From Candidatus Woesearchaeota archaeon (GTDB lineage: Archaea > Nanobdellota > Nanobdellia > Woesearchaeales > UBA10216): a DNA stretch of 64,000 nt. Positions 1 through 9,882 of the stretch are shown one piece after another. The position numbers and the translations under genes were made by a program. Location of the stretch: NCBI GenBank assembly GCA_016184345.1, contig JACPCV010000003.1:110094-174093 (forward strand), written 5' to 3'. The notes under the pieces were generated by a model that did not search any database, had not been told where the DNA came from, and saw only the letters and a program-made list of their open reading frames with translations. Position 1 is the stretch's first letter. The number at the start of each line of letters is the position of its first letter.

Positions 1-306
1 TATTTTCCCGTCTTTGGCAATGTAAACCGGATGTTCCGGTGTAACGATGATTGAGCGGCCGTTTCTGTAGGTTATTTTGTAGAATGTTTCGGGCGCTTCG
101 TGTCTGCTAACCCTGCTTATTTTTGTTGAGAAAACGCTTGTAAAATCTGTGGTCAGGATATTTGGCAGATTTGGCACAGCCAGAATTTCACAATTGATTC
201 CCTTTTCAATCTTCGCTTTATTCTGTTCCATAAGCGATTCTACAAACTTGCCCATTTTTTCAGTCCTGCCGTCAGCAAACATTATTTCTGTCTCATAATG
301 GTAGCA
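1..306 (-). mobile_element. Intein in MCM (N-terminal splicing region)
   Basis: After MHEALEQQ the MCM sequence switches to CYHYETEIMFADG (block A, N-terminal Cys) and later IIVTPEHPV (block B TxxH). Confidence 0.9.
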
Positions 307-1569
307 TTGCTGCTCCAGCGCCTCGTGCATGGCTCCTGTGTCCTCTTCCCGCATCTTGTCCATTTCGTCAATTGAGCATATGCCGTTGTTGGCAAGGACA
401 AGGGCACCGGCCTCAAGGCTCCATCCCCCAAGGATTTCGTCCTTTACGACAGCTGCCGTTATGCCTGCCCCGCTTACTCCTCCTCCGCTCACATACCTTC
501 CTTTGGGTGCAATGACGCTTATCCTTTTCAGCAGCTGTGATTTTCCTGATCCTGGGTCGCCAACCAGCAAAATGTGCATGTCTCCCCTTGAAATGATGCC
601 GTCTGAGCGCTTCTTCTGCACACCCCCCATCAGCTGCATGAGGAGGGATTCCTTGACTTTCTCATAGCCGTAGATTGACGGTGCGATCGAAGCGATTAGC
701 TTGTCATACACCTGCTTGTCCTTTGCCAGTGCAATTATTGCTTCTTCATCTTCTTTTGATATCTTGATGTCGTAGAAATCCTCCTCGATTGTCTCAAGGT
801 AGTTCGTGTCAATATGGAGGTCAAAGCTGGTTGACCTTGTGCCATGCTTGACTACAGGGACGTCTTTCAGCACGCCTGCTAGCCTTACCCTGCTGCCCGG
901 GTTTGTTTTCTTCTCGCTTATCGGGCTTACGAGGTCCTCTTTCAGGAATATGCCTATCCTTTTTGGCTGGTCGCCCCCTTCCAGCATTTCGGGGTTTTCC
1001 TCAAGCACCATGCTTTGTGCGTCAACAAGCTCCTTCTCCAGCAGCCTGAAGTTTCCCTTCCTTCCGCAGCCGCACCTATGGGGTTCCTTGAATGTTGCTT
1101 CCAGCTGCAGGACTGATATTATATTGCCGCAGTTCGGGCATTCAAACCTTGTGTTCACAACCTGCGGCCTGACGTCTGATTTTCTTCTCACTATGCCTTC
1201 CAAGACAAGCAGCTTTCCTATGTGGCTGCTCCTTATGTCCCTTATCATGAGCTTTTGCGATTCGGGCAGGTTGTAGACCCTGACCCTGTAATTTTTTGCC
1301 TCGCCGGAGCTGGGCAGCTCTATCTCCTTGATAGAGAGCTCTGCAGCCTTGATGACTTCCTCAGGGTAATCCAGCAAATCAACAGCAATCTTCGGGTCAA
1401 ATGACGAGAGCCTTGCAAAGTCAACAGCTACCGAGGATTTTCCTGCAGAAACCGCTTCAAGGAGGTTCTTCTTGTCGACCTCTTCAAAGAATTCTTTGAA
1501 CCTCTCTATCTGCTCAGTAACAGACAGCAGCATGCTCTCTTTTTTCGCAACAATATCATTCTCTGCCAT
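1..1569 (-). CDS. mcm: MCM replicative helicase, 5' part, intein-containing, runs off window edge
   Basis: Manual translation from ATG at 1569 gives a Zn finger (CPNC..C), Walker A region (LLVGDPGSGKSQ), Walker B (IDEMDKM) and MHEALEQQ. Absent from the ORF track because it is truncated. Confidence 0.95.
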   Translation of the reverse strand, partial: MAENDIVAKKESMLLSVTEQIERFKEFFEEVDKKNLLEAVSAGKSSVAVDFARLSSFDPKIAVDLLDYPEEVIKAAELSIKEIELPSSGEAKNYRVRVYNLPESQKLMIRDIRSSHIGKLLVLEGIVRRKSDVRPQVVNTRFECPNCGNIISVLQLEATFKEPHRCGCGRKGNFRLLEKELVDAQSMVLEENPEMLEGGDQPKRIGIFLKEDLVSPISEKKTNPGSRVRLAGVLKDVPVVKHGTRSTSFDLHIDTNYLETIEEDFYDIKISKEDEEAIIALAKDKQVYDKLIASIAPSIYGYEKVKESLLMQLMGGVQKKRSDGIISRGDMHILLVGDPGSGKSQLLKRISVIAPKGRYVSGGGVSGAGITAAVVKDEILGGWSLEAGALVLANNGICSIDEMDKMREEDTGAMHEALEQQCYHYETEIMFADGRTEKMGKFVESLMEQNKAKIEKGINCEILAVPNLPNILTTDFTSVFSTKISRVSRHEAPETFYKITYRNGRSIIVTPEHPVYIAKDGKI

Positions 1570-1632
1570 TTTGACCTACTCAAGATGCGTAGCTACAGCA
1601 GGCAGCTGCAGTGTGCTGGTTAAAAAACAAAA

Positions 1633-2190
1633 TCACGGCTTCTTGCCAGATGCCTTCTTCAGGTTCTCAATGAGCTTGTCAAGCGACTTGTTGACCTCTT
1701 CCTCGCTCTTTGTCCCTGTGCATACGACCTTGCCGTTGCTGAACAGCAGGAAGGTCGCCTTTACCGGGCCGTCAATCAGCTTGTAAACCAGTCCCGGGAA
1801 CTGCTCAGGCTCGTACTCTGTGTTGTTCAGCTTCATTGCAAGCGTGTTCAGGTTCAGGTCCATGCCCACAGTCCCTGAAGCGACTATATTCTGTATCTTT
1901 ATCTCAGGCTTTATTGTGATTTTTATGCCAATCTTTTCAAGGCTCTTGATTATCTTCCTGATTGATTCCTCAACCTTGTCCATTGACCTCGCGCCTGTGC
2001 ATACGACCTTGCCGCTGCTGAACACCAGTGCAGAAGTTTTGGGTTCCTTTATCCTGATGACCAGTCCCGGGAACTGCTCCGGGTTGTATTCTGTATTGGA
2101 AAGCATGGCATTCATTTTCTCAAGAGGAATGTCATGGTTCAAAGAAGTGCTGACAACAATGTTCACTACAGTAATTTCCCTCTTGCCCAT
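1633..2190 (-). CDS. tbp: TATA-box binding protein
   Basis: Two repeats of YxPEQFPGL..FSxGKVVCTG. Confidence 0.97.
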   Translation of the reverse strand: MGKREITVVNIVVSTSLNHDIPLEKMNAMLSNTEYNPEQFPGLVIRIKEPKTSALVFSSGKVVCTGARSMDKVEESIRKIIKSLEKIGIKITIKPEIKIQNIVASGTVGMDLNLNTLAMKLNNTEYEPEQFPGLVYKLIDGPVKATFLLFSNGKVVCTGTKSEEEVNKSLDKLIENLKKASGKKP

Positions 2191-2500
2191 TCTGATAAAC
2201 ACCCCCGAAATCTGTTTACAGCCCTCTCGGCTGTTTTTAAAGCAAAATGCCCCTCTTGTTTATAAATACTGCTGTTTTTAAACAAAGACACTCCAGCAGC
2301 AAACACCCCACAATTTCCTGTGGAAAAAAGCCTCTACAAGCTCTAAGAAGCCAAATTTTGCAGTTAAGGTTATTTATTGCCAACCACACCAACCTTACTA
2401 GTATTTATAAATACAGAATTCCCGGTTTTTTGGCTTCGGTAGCCATAACTTCCCGCATTTTTTGCCAAGATTTATTAATCACACAACAGCCGTAGCCGTT

Positions 2501-2695
2501 ATGAAACTGTTTATTGAGCGCGAAAACAAAAGCAAAACATTCCGTTTCAACGGCACTGTCTCAAAGCTGTTGCGGCAGCTTAAGGTAAACCCAGCAACTA
2601 TTCTTGTTGCAAGGAACAAGGCTCTTGTAACAGAAAACGATAAGCTAATTGACAGTGATGAAGTGAAAATATTGTCGGTTATTTCTGGGGGCTAG
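2501..2695 (+). CDS. ThiS/MoaD-like ubiquitin-like small protein (SAMP-like)
   Basis: 64 aa, beta-grasp size, ending in VISGG. Confidence 0.85.
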   Translation: MKLFIERENKSKTFRFNGTVSKLLRQLKVNPATILVARNKALVTENDKLIDSDEVKILSVISGG

Positions 2696-3437
2696 CAGTT
2701 AAGCGCCTTTTGCGTATCATGTTGCGCACAAAAGTGTTTGCTGAGGGATTGTATTGCTTGGTGCTGAGGCTGGCTATAACCGGCATTACATAGCCGTTTA
2801 GGAAGAAGTCAAAAGCTTCTCTACTCCCAATGGCAAGCTTCTTTTCAAAAGTGTCCTGTTCGCCTTTGTCTGTTAAAAGTAGTTTGCCGTTTGTGGCTAC
2901 TGCTAGCTCTTCGCACTTGATTGTAACATCCTTTCTCTTATTGCCTTCCCAACTAGCACTCCTGCCAACTCCAATAAAATGTATTGCCCCGTAAATTGAA
3001 CTCAAGCTAACAAGGTATTGTGCAAGCGTATTTGCCAATGCCCCCGCCTTCCCAACAACGTTCGTTAGGTTTCTGGTTCCTTCCGGGTAAATCGCAACGC
3101 CTGCTCCCTCTTTAACAGCGCGTTCCAGGCCCGAATAAGCATCGTGCATGTTCGAGCCATCCCTCTTAAGTGGAATGCTGCCGATAGAGTACAATATCTG
3201 CCTGAAGAAAGGGCCGAGTAGTTCGTATTTATGTATAAAGCACACCCTTCTGCCCGTAAGGTTTGCGTCCTCTGGTATGTTGACCCAGTGGTCGTGAAAG
3301 CCCAATAATACAAACGGGTCTTTCTCAGGTAAAGCATCTTTGCCTGCAGCCTTGTAAGAGGGTCTTAAAAACGTATTTAAAAAAGCTTTTCCTGCGTAAT
3401 ATATTGCATTTGCCGTTAGAACCCCTGTGCTTACCAT
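2679..3437 (-). CDS. PlsC-like (lysophospholipid) acyltransferase family protein
   Basis: GSIPLKR and IYPEGTR blocks present; the HxxxxD motif is degenerate (HDHWVN). Confidence 0.7.
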   Translation of the reverse strand: MVSTGVLTANAIYYAGKAFLNTFLRPSYKAAGKDALPEKDPFVLLGFHDHWVNIPEDANLTGRRVCFIHKYELLGPFFRQILYSIGSIPLKRDGSNMHDAYSGLERAVKEGAGVAIYPEGTRNLTNVVGKAGALANTLAQYLVSLSSIYGAIHFIGVGRSASWEGNKRKDVTIKCEELAVATNGKLLLTDKGEQDTFEKKLAIGSREAFDFFLNGYVMPVIASLSTKQYNPSANTFVRNMIRKRRLTASPQK

Positions 3438-3997
3438 TTTGCCAATCTCGAGTTAAGAAACCGCGCAAGCTTTAAAATAGCTTTCTTTCTGAACAGGTTT
3501 ACCTCCCCTGCCTTTTTGAGTTCCCCGTATGTTTTGCTTTTTCTTTTTGGGATGAAGATTGGGTCGTGCCCCCAGCCGCCGCTGCCCCTGATACTTTCAG
3601 CTATGCTGCCCTCCTCTTCCCCATAGAAGCATAGCGGCTCTTTTCCCGGCTCGCAATACCCTACAGCTGACTTGTATCTGGCTTTCCTGTTCCTGATGCC
3701 CTTCATGAGCTTCAAGATGCCGTTCAGCCCTAGTCTTTTGAAAATGTATGCCGTGCACGTCCCGGGATAATCTTTTAGGGCCTCTATGAACAGTCCGGAG
3801 TCTTCAACAACTACCGACTTCTTCAGCCGCTCGCATAGCGCTTTCGCCGCTGTCTTGGCAATCTCGCACGGCTCGTCTGAGCGCAGCTCAGGCTTTTCCC
3901 CTTTCATGACAGTGAATTCAAGCCCTGAGCCCTCCAGGGCGTTTTCAAAGTCCTTGATTTTTTCCTCATTCCCAGTCAGAAGAACAAAGCCAGACAT
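3431..3997 (-). CDS. rdgB: Non-canonical purine NTP pyrophosphatase (HAM1/RdgB)
   Basis: TGNEEK, VEDSGL and GWGHDPIF motifs. Confidence 0.92.
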   Translation of the reverse strand: MSGFVLLTGNEEKIKDFENALEGSGLEFTVMKGEKPELRSDEPCEIAKTAAKALCERLKKSVVVEDSGLFIEALKDYPGTCTAYIFKRLGLNGILKLMKGIRNRKARYKSAVGYCEPGKEPLCFYGEEEGSIAESIRGSGGWGHDPIFIPKRKSKTYGELKKAGEVNLFRKKAILKLARFLNSRLAKW

Positions 3998-5743
3998 TTA
4001 TTTTGCCACGTCGCTTCTTATGTGCAGTTCTTTCAACTGCTTTTCCTCTATTTCCGATGGCGAGCCGTCCATTGGGCTTTCTGCCTTCTTGTTTTTCGGA
4101 AACGCTATTACTTCACGAATATCGTGCAGCCCCTGCATAAGTGCCACAGTCCTGTCAAACCCTATCCCCATGCCGCCATGGGTTGGAGCTCCGTACTTGT
4201 AAGCTTCAAGGAGGAAGCCGAACTTTGACTCTGCGGCCTTGTGGTTTATTCCGACCACTTTCATTACCCTCTCCTGAAGCTCTGGCTCGTTGATGCGTAT
4301 TGAGCCTGAGCCCAGCTCAGTCCCGTTAAGAACAAGGTCGTAGAGGTTGCCCAGCACTTTCTCAGGTGCTTTTTCAAGCAGCTCAACGTGCTCCTGCTTT
4401 GGTGCTGTGAACATGTGGTGTGCCGCCTCCCACCTGTCCTCTTCAGTGTTCCACTCGAACAGCGGGAAGTCCTTTACCCAGCAGAAGTTGAACTCGCCTT
4501 CTTTCATCAGGCCGAGCCTTCTTCCCAGCTCAAGCCTAAGCTTCCCAAGAATTTCAGCAACTTTCTTTTTCTTGTCAGCAACAAAAAACATTACTGAGCC
4601 TTTCTTTGCCTTTGTTTTTTGCAGCAGCATCTTTTGCACTTCGCTGCCAAAGAACTTCACAATGGATGATTCCAGCCCTTTTTCGGTTACTCTCATCCAT
4701 GCAAGCCCCTTTGCGCCGTTTTCCTTTGCCCATTCTATCAGCTCATCAATCTCGTTCCTTCCAAAGTCCTTCTCAGCAACTACACACTTTACCTGTTCTT
4801 CAGCCGCAAATGTCTTGAACTCAGATTTCTTTACAGCATCAGTAACGTCAATGAGCTCCATCCCAAACCTCAGGTCGGGCTTGTCAATCCCGTACTTGTC
4901 CATGGCTTCTGCATGTGTAAGGGCTTTGAACGGCGTCTTTAGTTCAACCCCAAGCACCTCCCTGAACAGGTGCTTGTACAGCCCTTCAACGAAAGCCATC
5001 ACGTCATTTTCGTCGACAAAGCTCATCTCAAAGTCAATCTGGGTGTGCTCAGGCTGCCTGTCAGCCCTCAGGTCTTCATCCCTGAGGCATTTTGCCAGCT
5101 GGAAATACCTGTCAAATCCTGAAATCATGAGTATCTGCTTGTAAAGCTGGGGGCTTTGCGGAAGGGCGTAGAACTTTCCAGGGCTGACCCTGCTTGGCAC
5201 TACATAGTCCCTTGCACCTTCTGGTGTTGACCTGACTAGAAGCGGGGTTTCAATCTCTATGAACTTGTTTTTGTTGAAGTATCCCCTTACAGCTATTGAT
5301 ACTCTGTGCCTTAATGCCAGGCGCTGCTGCATTACTGGCCTTCTCAAATCGAGGTACTTGTACTTCATCCGCATGTCTTCAGCAGCTTCTACCCTGTCGT
5401 CAACCTCAATTGGCGGGGCAGCTGCTTTCGTGATTATGGAGAGTTCATCAACCAGGACCTCAACCTCACCTGTTTCCAGCTTTGGGTTGACCATGTCCTT
5501 GGGCCTGTTCCTCACCTTGCCTTTTGCAGAAATAACCCACTCCCTGCCGATTTTCTCCCCGGCTTCGTGCACTTTCCTGTTGTGGCTCGGGTCAAGGACT
5601 ATCTGTGTTAATCCGTAGCGATCTCTCAAGTCAATGAAGATTACCCCGCCGTGGTCCCTTCTTGAGTGGCACCAGCCTGCAAGCGTTACTGTTTCCTTAA
5701 TGTTTTTCGCAGTAAGCTCGCCGCAGGTGTGTGTTCTTAACAT
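3998..5743 (-). CDS. aspS: Aspartate--tRNA ligase, bacterial-type with GAD insert, probably non-discriminating
   Basis: MLRTHTCGEL, RRDHGG, ALPQSPQ, RQPE and HGGMGIGFDR; about 580 aa; adjacent to gatA and gatC. Confidence 0.96.
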   Translation of the reverse strand: MLRTHTCGELTAKNIKETVTLAGWCHSRRDHGGVIFIDLRDRYGLTQIVLDPSHNRKVHEAGEKIGREWVISAKGKVRNRPKDMVNPKLETGEVEVLVDELSIITKAAAPPIEVDDRVEAAEDMRMKYKYLDLRRPVMQQRLALRHRVSIAVRGYFNKNKFIEIETPLLVRSTPEGARDYVVPSRVSPGKFYALPQSPQLYKQILMISGFDRYFQLAKCLRDEDLRADRQPEHTQIDFEMSFVDENDVMAFVEGLYKHLFREVLGVELKTPFKALTHAEAMDKYGIDKPDLRFGMELIDVTDAVKKSEFKTFAAEEQVKCVVAEKDFGRNEIDELIEWAKENGAKGLAWMRVTEKGLESSIVKFFGSEVQKMLLQKTKAKKGSVMFFVADKKKKVAEILGKLRLELGRRLGLMKEGEFNFCWVKDFPLFEWNTEEDRWEAAHHMFTAPKQEHVELLEKAPEKVLGNLYDLVLNGTELGSGSIRINEPELQERVMKVVGINHKAAESKFGFLLEAYKYGAPTHGGMGIGFDRTVALMQGLHDIREVIAFPKNKKAESPMDGSPSEIEEKQLKELHIRSDVAK

Positions 5744-5768
5744 TGTCAGCACAAGAACAAGAAAGCGT

Positions 5769-7151
5769 TTATAAAGATTGTTTTTCTATTTCCGCCATAA
5801 CCTGTAGAAGCAGTTCCTCCTTAAATGCTGGCGCCATCACCTGCAGCCCAACCGGAATTCCGTCAATCTTGCCAGCAGGAACAACCCCTGCGCATATTCC
5901 TGCAAGGTTCGCAGGTATGGTGAAAGCGTCATAGGCATACATCACTCTCGGGTCTGTTATCTTCGTTCCCAGCTTGTGCGGCAGCATGGGCGTGGTCGGT
6001 GATATTATAACATCAACTTCCTTGAACGCCTTTTCAAATCCTTCAGCAATGAGCTTTTTTGCTTTCAGTGCTTTCCTGTAGTACGTCCCGTGGTATTCAG
6101 CTTTTGATATCTCCTTCCCACCAAATATCCTTCTTAGCACTTCTTCTCCGCAGCTGTCTTCTATTTTCCTGCCGTATTTCCTACCGTCAAACTTCCTTGT
6201 TCCTGAGAAGAATTCAACATAGACCAGGGGGTAGTAAGTCTGGATTGCGAGGTCAACATAAGGCAGCTTTATTTGTTTTATCGCGCTTTTTGTTGCAGTT
6301 GTGAATTTGTCAGCAGACTCTTGAACCATCTTATAGATTCTTTTGTCGCTGCACATCGCCTCAAACTCTTTGCTCAGCCCAATCTTAACCTTTTTGGCTG
6401 TTTTAAGCAACTGCCTGTATTTCGGAACGTCCTTTGCGATTGTTGTCCCGTCGTTTTCGCTCTTCCCGGCAATTGCCTCTGTCAGCAGCGCCACCCCGTA
6501 AACATCATTGGCCAATGGCCCTATCTGGTCAAGGCTCATCGACAAATCAACGAGACCGTACCTTGATACCCTTCCATAGCTCGGCTTCACCCCGATAACG
6601 CCGCAATGCGAGGCCGGGTTGCGTATTGAGCCGCCGGTGTCTGAGCCGATTGCCAAATCACAAAGTCCTGCTGCAACAGCCGCAGCAGCCCCAGAACTGC
6701 TTCCTCCTGGTATCCTTCCCTGCGCTGCAGGGTTGTCTGTGTTTCCGAATGCCGAGCTCTCGCCTGAGCTTCCGCAGGCAAACTCATCCATGTTTGCCAT
6801 GCCGATTATTATGCCATCCTCTCGTTTTATTGCTGCAACAGCATCAGCATCGAAAGTGCCGTAGTAGTTTTCCAGAGTTTTGGAAGCGCACGTTATGGGC
6901 ATGCCTGTTACGGATATGTTTGACTTTACAGCTATTGCCAGCCCGGCAAGCTTACCTGCCTTCCCGGCCTTTATCTTTTTGTCAACAGCTTCTGCTTCGG
7001 CTACAGCATTGTTGTTGATGTGCAAGATTGCGTTTATCTGCTTGTTTTTCTTCCTGATTACGTCAAGGAATCCTTTAACGTTCTCAGCAGCTGTCAGTTC
7101 CCCCTTTCTGATTTTCAGCAGCTTTTGTTCTGTAGAAAACAGCATTTTCAC
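5769..7151 (-). CDS. gatA: Asp/Glu-tRNA amidotransferase subunit A
   Basis: Amidase signature PGGSSSG and GSDTGGSIRNPA. Confidence 0.95.
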   Translation of the reverse strand: MKMLFSTEQKLLKIRKGELTAAENVKGFLDVIRKKNKQINAILHINNNAVAEAEAVDKKIKAGKAGKLAGLAIAVKSNISVTGMPITCASKTLENYYGTFDADAVAAIKREDGIIIGMANMDEFACGSSGESSAFGNTDNPAAQGRIPGGSSSGAAAAVAAGLCDLAIGSDTGGSIRNPASHCGVIGVKPSYGRVSRYGLVDLSMSLDQIGPLANDVYGVALLTEAIAGKSENDGTTIAKDVPKYRQLLKTAKKVKIGLSKEFEAMCSDKRIYKMVQESADKFTTATKSAIKQIKLPYVDLAIQTYYPLVYVEFFSGTRKFDGRKYGRKIEDSCGEEVLRRIFGGKEISKAEYHGTYYRKALKAKKLIAEGFEKAFKEVDVIISPTTPMLPHKLGTKITDPRVMYAYDAFTIPANLAGICAGVVPAGKIDGIPVGLQVMAPAFKEELLLQVMAEIEKQSL

Positions 7152-7378
7152 CAGCTTTTCTTTTCAGCTATTATGTTGTCAGAATCTTTTTTTGGCGCGT
7201 TTGTCAGCATTCTTTCCCTGAAGCCATCGTCAGGTTTTGATTTTTTCCCTTCCCTCGTTGTTTGCTCCCTTTCAAGCCCAACCTCTCCCGAGAGGTCGCC
7301 AACCTTGTCAAGGGCTTTTACAAATTCGTCCATTATGGCTTTGGCCTGCTTTTTTATCTTCTCTTCGTCAGGCGTCAT
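7148..7378 (-). CDS. gatC: Asp/Glu-tRNA amidotransferase subunit C
   Basis: 76 aa immediately upstream of gatA with a typical ..RERMLTNAPKK C-terminus. Confidence 0.8.
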   Translation of the reverse strand: MTPDEEKIKKQAKAIMDEFVKALDKVGDLSGEVGLEREQTTREGKKSKPDDGFRERMLTNAPKKDSDNIIAEKKSW

Positions 7379-7384
7379 AGCTTT

Positions 7385-7981
7385 TCACTTTATCTTCCCC
7401 TGCAGCTTCAGGCTCAGCAGAAGGTCTTCCATTTTCTTCAGGTCATATTTTATCCCGTCGAATTTCCTTCTCAGGTCCCCGTTCCTGAAGTCAAACTGCA
7501 TCAGGCCGTAGTAGAGGTTTTCAATGAAGGTTTTTGCAGAAATCACAGTCTTTGCGTCATCATTGATTGCAGCGTTGACTGCTTTCCTTACAATTTCGCC
7601 TGAAAGGTCGCACAGCCCTGCAATGTAGTTTTCGGCAGAAACTCCGAGCTCCTTCCTTGACAGTATCTTTCCTGTTGCTATGAACTCGCTGAAGCAGGCT
7701 GCTTCCACGTATTCCTGGATTGGCGGCTTGGTGACACTTGCGTAATTTGCATCTTCAGAGTATGGCTTTAGCGCAGCAATTTTAGGCTTCAGTTCAGCGA
7801 GCGCCTTTTCAGCTGCCTTGTTGTCGCCCCGCTGCAAAGAGTAAATAGCGCCTTTTGACTTCTTGAGAATCTCCCTTGTTTCTGCTATCAGCGCCTCCCG
7901 CTTTGAATCGACAGTTTCTATGTCCCTTTTCAGGCTCGCGAATTCCTCCCCAATGCCGTTATCTATGTTGCTTTTTGCCAT
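7385..7981 (-). CDS. Translin/TRAX (C3PO) family protein
   Basis: QEYVEA, YIAGLCDLSGEIVR and LRRKFD motifs. Confidence 0.88.
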   Translation of the reverse strand: MAKSNIDNGIGEEFASLKRDIETVDSKREALIAETREILKKSKGAIYSLQRGDNKAAEKALAELKPKIAALKPYSEDANYASVTKPPIQEYVEAACFSEFIATGKILSRKELGVSAENYIAGLCDLSGEIVRKAVNAAINDDAKTVISAKTFIENLYYGLMQFDFRNGDLRRKFDGIKYDLKKMEDLLLSLKLQGKIK

Positions 7982-8083
7982 TGTTTTGGTGAAGCTGTCG
8001 GGATTTTATAAACTTTCCGCACCTTTGCTTAGCGCAAAGTATTTATTGCCACAGAAGCAGGGGTAGGTAAAAAGGGGCTGTGA

Positions 8084-9403
8084 ATGTACGAGATAATTGT
8101 CGGCAGGGATGATGAGGACAGAAAGGCGTTTGGCGATAAGGGCACTTTTCTCCTTGGCAAGCACTATGTCAAGATGGGCCAGGTTACGTCCTTGTCAACA
8201 GGCATCTACATGGACGTCCTGCGCTCCCACGTTGTTTCAATCTTTGGCAAGCGAGGGTCTGGGAAAAGTTACTCAATGCTGGCCATAGCTGAGGGCATGA
8301 TGTCTATGAGCCCTGAATTCACGAAGAACCTGAGCATCGTGATTTTTGACACAATGGGCATTTTCTGGACAATGAAGTACGAGAACAAGAAAGACGAAGC
8401 CCTCCTTAGGGAGTGGGGTTTTCAGTACCAGCGCTTTAATGCGCGCATTTACGTCCCTTCTGGGAGCTATTCTGACTACAGGGAAAGGGGCATTCCGGTT
8501 GACCTGCCTTTTTCCATAAGCCCTTCCGAGCTTTCTGTTGGCGACTGGTGCGGAATTTTTGAGATTGATGCTACAAGCCAGTTTGGCACCCTTATTGGCA
8601 GGGTTATCCCTGCGCTTAGAAAGCAGCAGGCTTCTTTTTCCATCCAAGATATTATTGAGGCTGTCAGGAAGGATGAGCGCACAAATGAGGAAGTCCGGGC
8701 AGCTGTTGAGAATATGTTCTCCTCTGCAGGGAGCTGGGGCCTGTTCAGTGAGAAGTCAACTCCTGTCAGTGACCTGGCCGTTGGCGGCCAGATTACTGTC
8801 CTTGACATAAGCCCATACGCTGTAGCCGGGGGGAAAAGCAACATTCGCGCCCTTGTCATAGGGCTTGTTTCCAAGAAGCTTTTCAACGAGAGGATGGTTG
8901 TCAGGAAGTCAGAAGAGATGTCTTCAATAAAGCAGGCAACGTCTTTCTCAAGAAAATCCGCAGATGATAAGAAAGAAATCCCCCTTGTCTGGCTCATGGT
9001 TGATGAAGCTCACGAGTTCCTGCCAAAGGAAGGCTCCACGCCAGCTTCAAACTCCCTTATTACAATCCTCAGGGAGGGCCGCCAGCCCGGGATTTCCCTT
9101 GTCCTTGCCTCCCAGCAGCCCGGCCAGATTCATACTGATGTCATGACTCAGTCAGATGTTGTCATAGCCCACAGGGTTACTGCCAAGATTGACGTTGATG
9201 CGCTTGGCGCCCTTATGCAGAGCTACATGCGTGAGGGCCTTGACAAGAGCCTGAATGACCTCCCGAGAGTCAAGGGTGCAGCTCTCCTTTTTGATGACAC
9301 GAACGAGCGCCTTTATCCGATGAGGGTCAGGCCGAGAATAACTTGGCATGGCGGGAGCAGCCCAAGCCTTGTGGCAGAAGCTAAGGGAATCCTTGAATTT
9401 TAG
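8084..9403 (+). CDS. HerA/DUF87-family P-loop ATPase
   Basis: GKRGSGKS, VDEAHEF, LREGRQPG and SQQP motifs. Confidence 0.85.
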   Translation: MYEIIVGRDDEDRKAFGDKGTFLLGKHYVKMGQVTSLSTGIYMDVLRSHVVSIFGKRGSGKSYSMLAIAEGMMSMSPEFTKNLSIVIFDTMGIFWTMKYENKKDEALLREWGFQYQRFNARIYVPSGSYSDYRERGIPVDLPFSISPSELSVGDWCGIFEIDATSQFGTLIGRVIPALRKQQASFSIQDIIEAVRKDERTNEEVRAAVENMFSSAGSWGLFSEKSTPVSDLAVGGQITVLDISPYAVAGGKSNIRALVIGLVSKKLFNERMVVRKSEEMSSIKQATSFSRKSADDKKEIPLVWLMVDEAHEFLPKEGSTPASNSLITILREGRQPGISLVLASQQPGQIHTDVMTQSDVVIAHRVTAKIDVDALGALMQSYMREGLDKSLNDLPRVKGAALLFDDTNERLYPMRVRPRITWHGGSSPSLVAEAKGILEF

Positions 9404-9822
9404 CTCCACTTTCTCTTTTTCTTTGTTATGAGGTATTGGATTCGCCCAAACTCAAGCGTGAACATCATCGCTAGGGTTCCGGCTGCGGCTATCACATAGG
9501 CGCCCGCTCCCAGCGCAAGCCCCAGCCCGGCAACCGCCCATATGCTTGCCGCTGTTGTCAGTCCCCTGACATTGTTCTTATCCCTGAAGATTGTTCCTGC
9601 GCCGAGAAAGCCTATTCCTGTTATTATGGCAGCCGTTATCGGAGCCGGGTTCTGCGGGAACATGTCAATCGAGGTTAGCGTTATAATGGTTGAGCCTATG
9701 CACACCAGCAGGTGCGTCCTTAGCCCTGCGGCATGCTTCGTCTTTTCCCTTTCATACCCGATGAGCGCGCTTGCAAGCACGGCAAGAAGCAGCCTTATCA
9801 GTACATCATAGTTTGTCAGCAT
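9400..9822 (-). CDS. MgtC/SapB family membrane protein
   Basis: GYERE..AGLRTH, GIGFLGAG and GLTTAA motifs. Confidence 0.92.
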   Translation of the reverse strand: MLTNYDVLIRLLLAVLASALIGYEREKTKHAAGLRTHLLVCIGSTIITLTSIDMFPQNPAPITAAIITGIGFLGAGTIFRDKNNVRGLTTAASIWAVAGLGLALGAGAYVIAAAGTLAMMFTLEFGRIQYLITKKKRKWS

Positions 9823-9882
9823 TGAGAAGGATAGCTCTTTAGGGGTTTAATAACCTTTATGGCTATTGGGGAATTACGACAG

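Noticed and set aside
1633-2190. Internal nucleotide direct repeats (CCAGTCCCGGGAACTGCTC, CCTGTGCATACGACCTTGCCG)
   Set aside because: Explained by the two-fold internal repeat of TBP.
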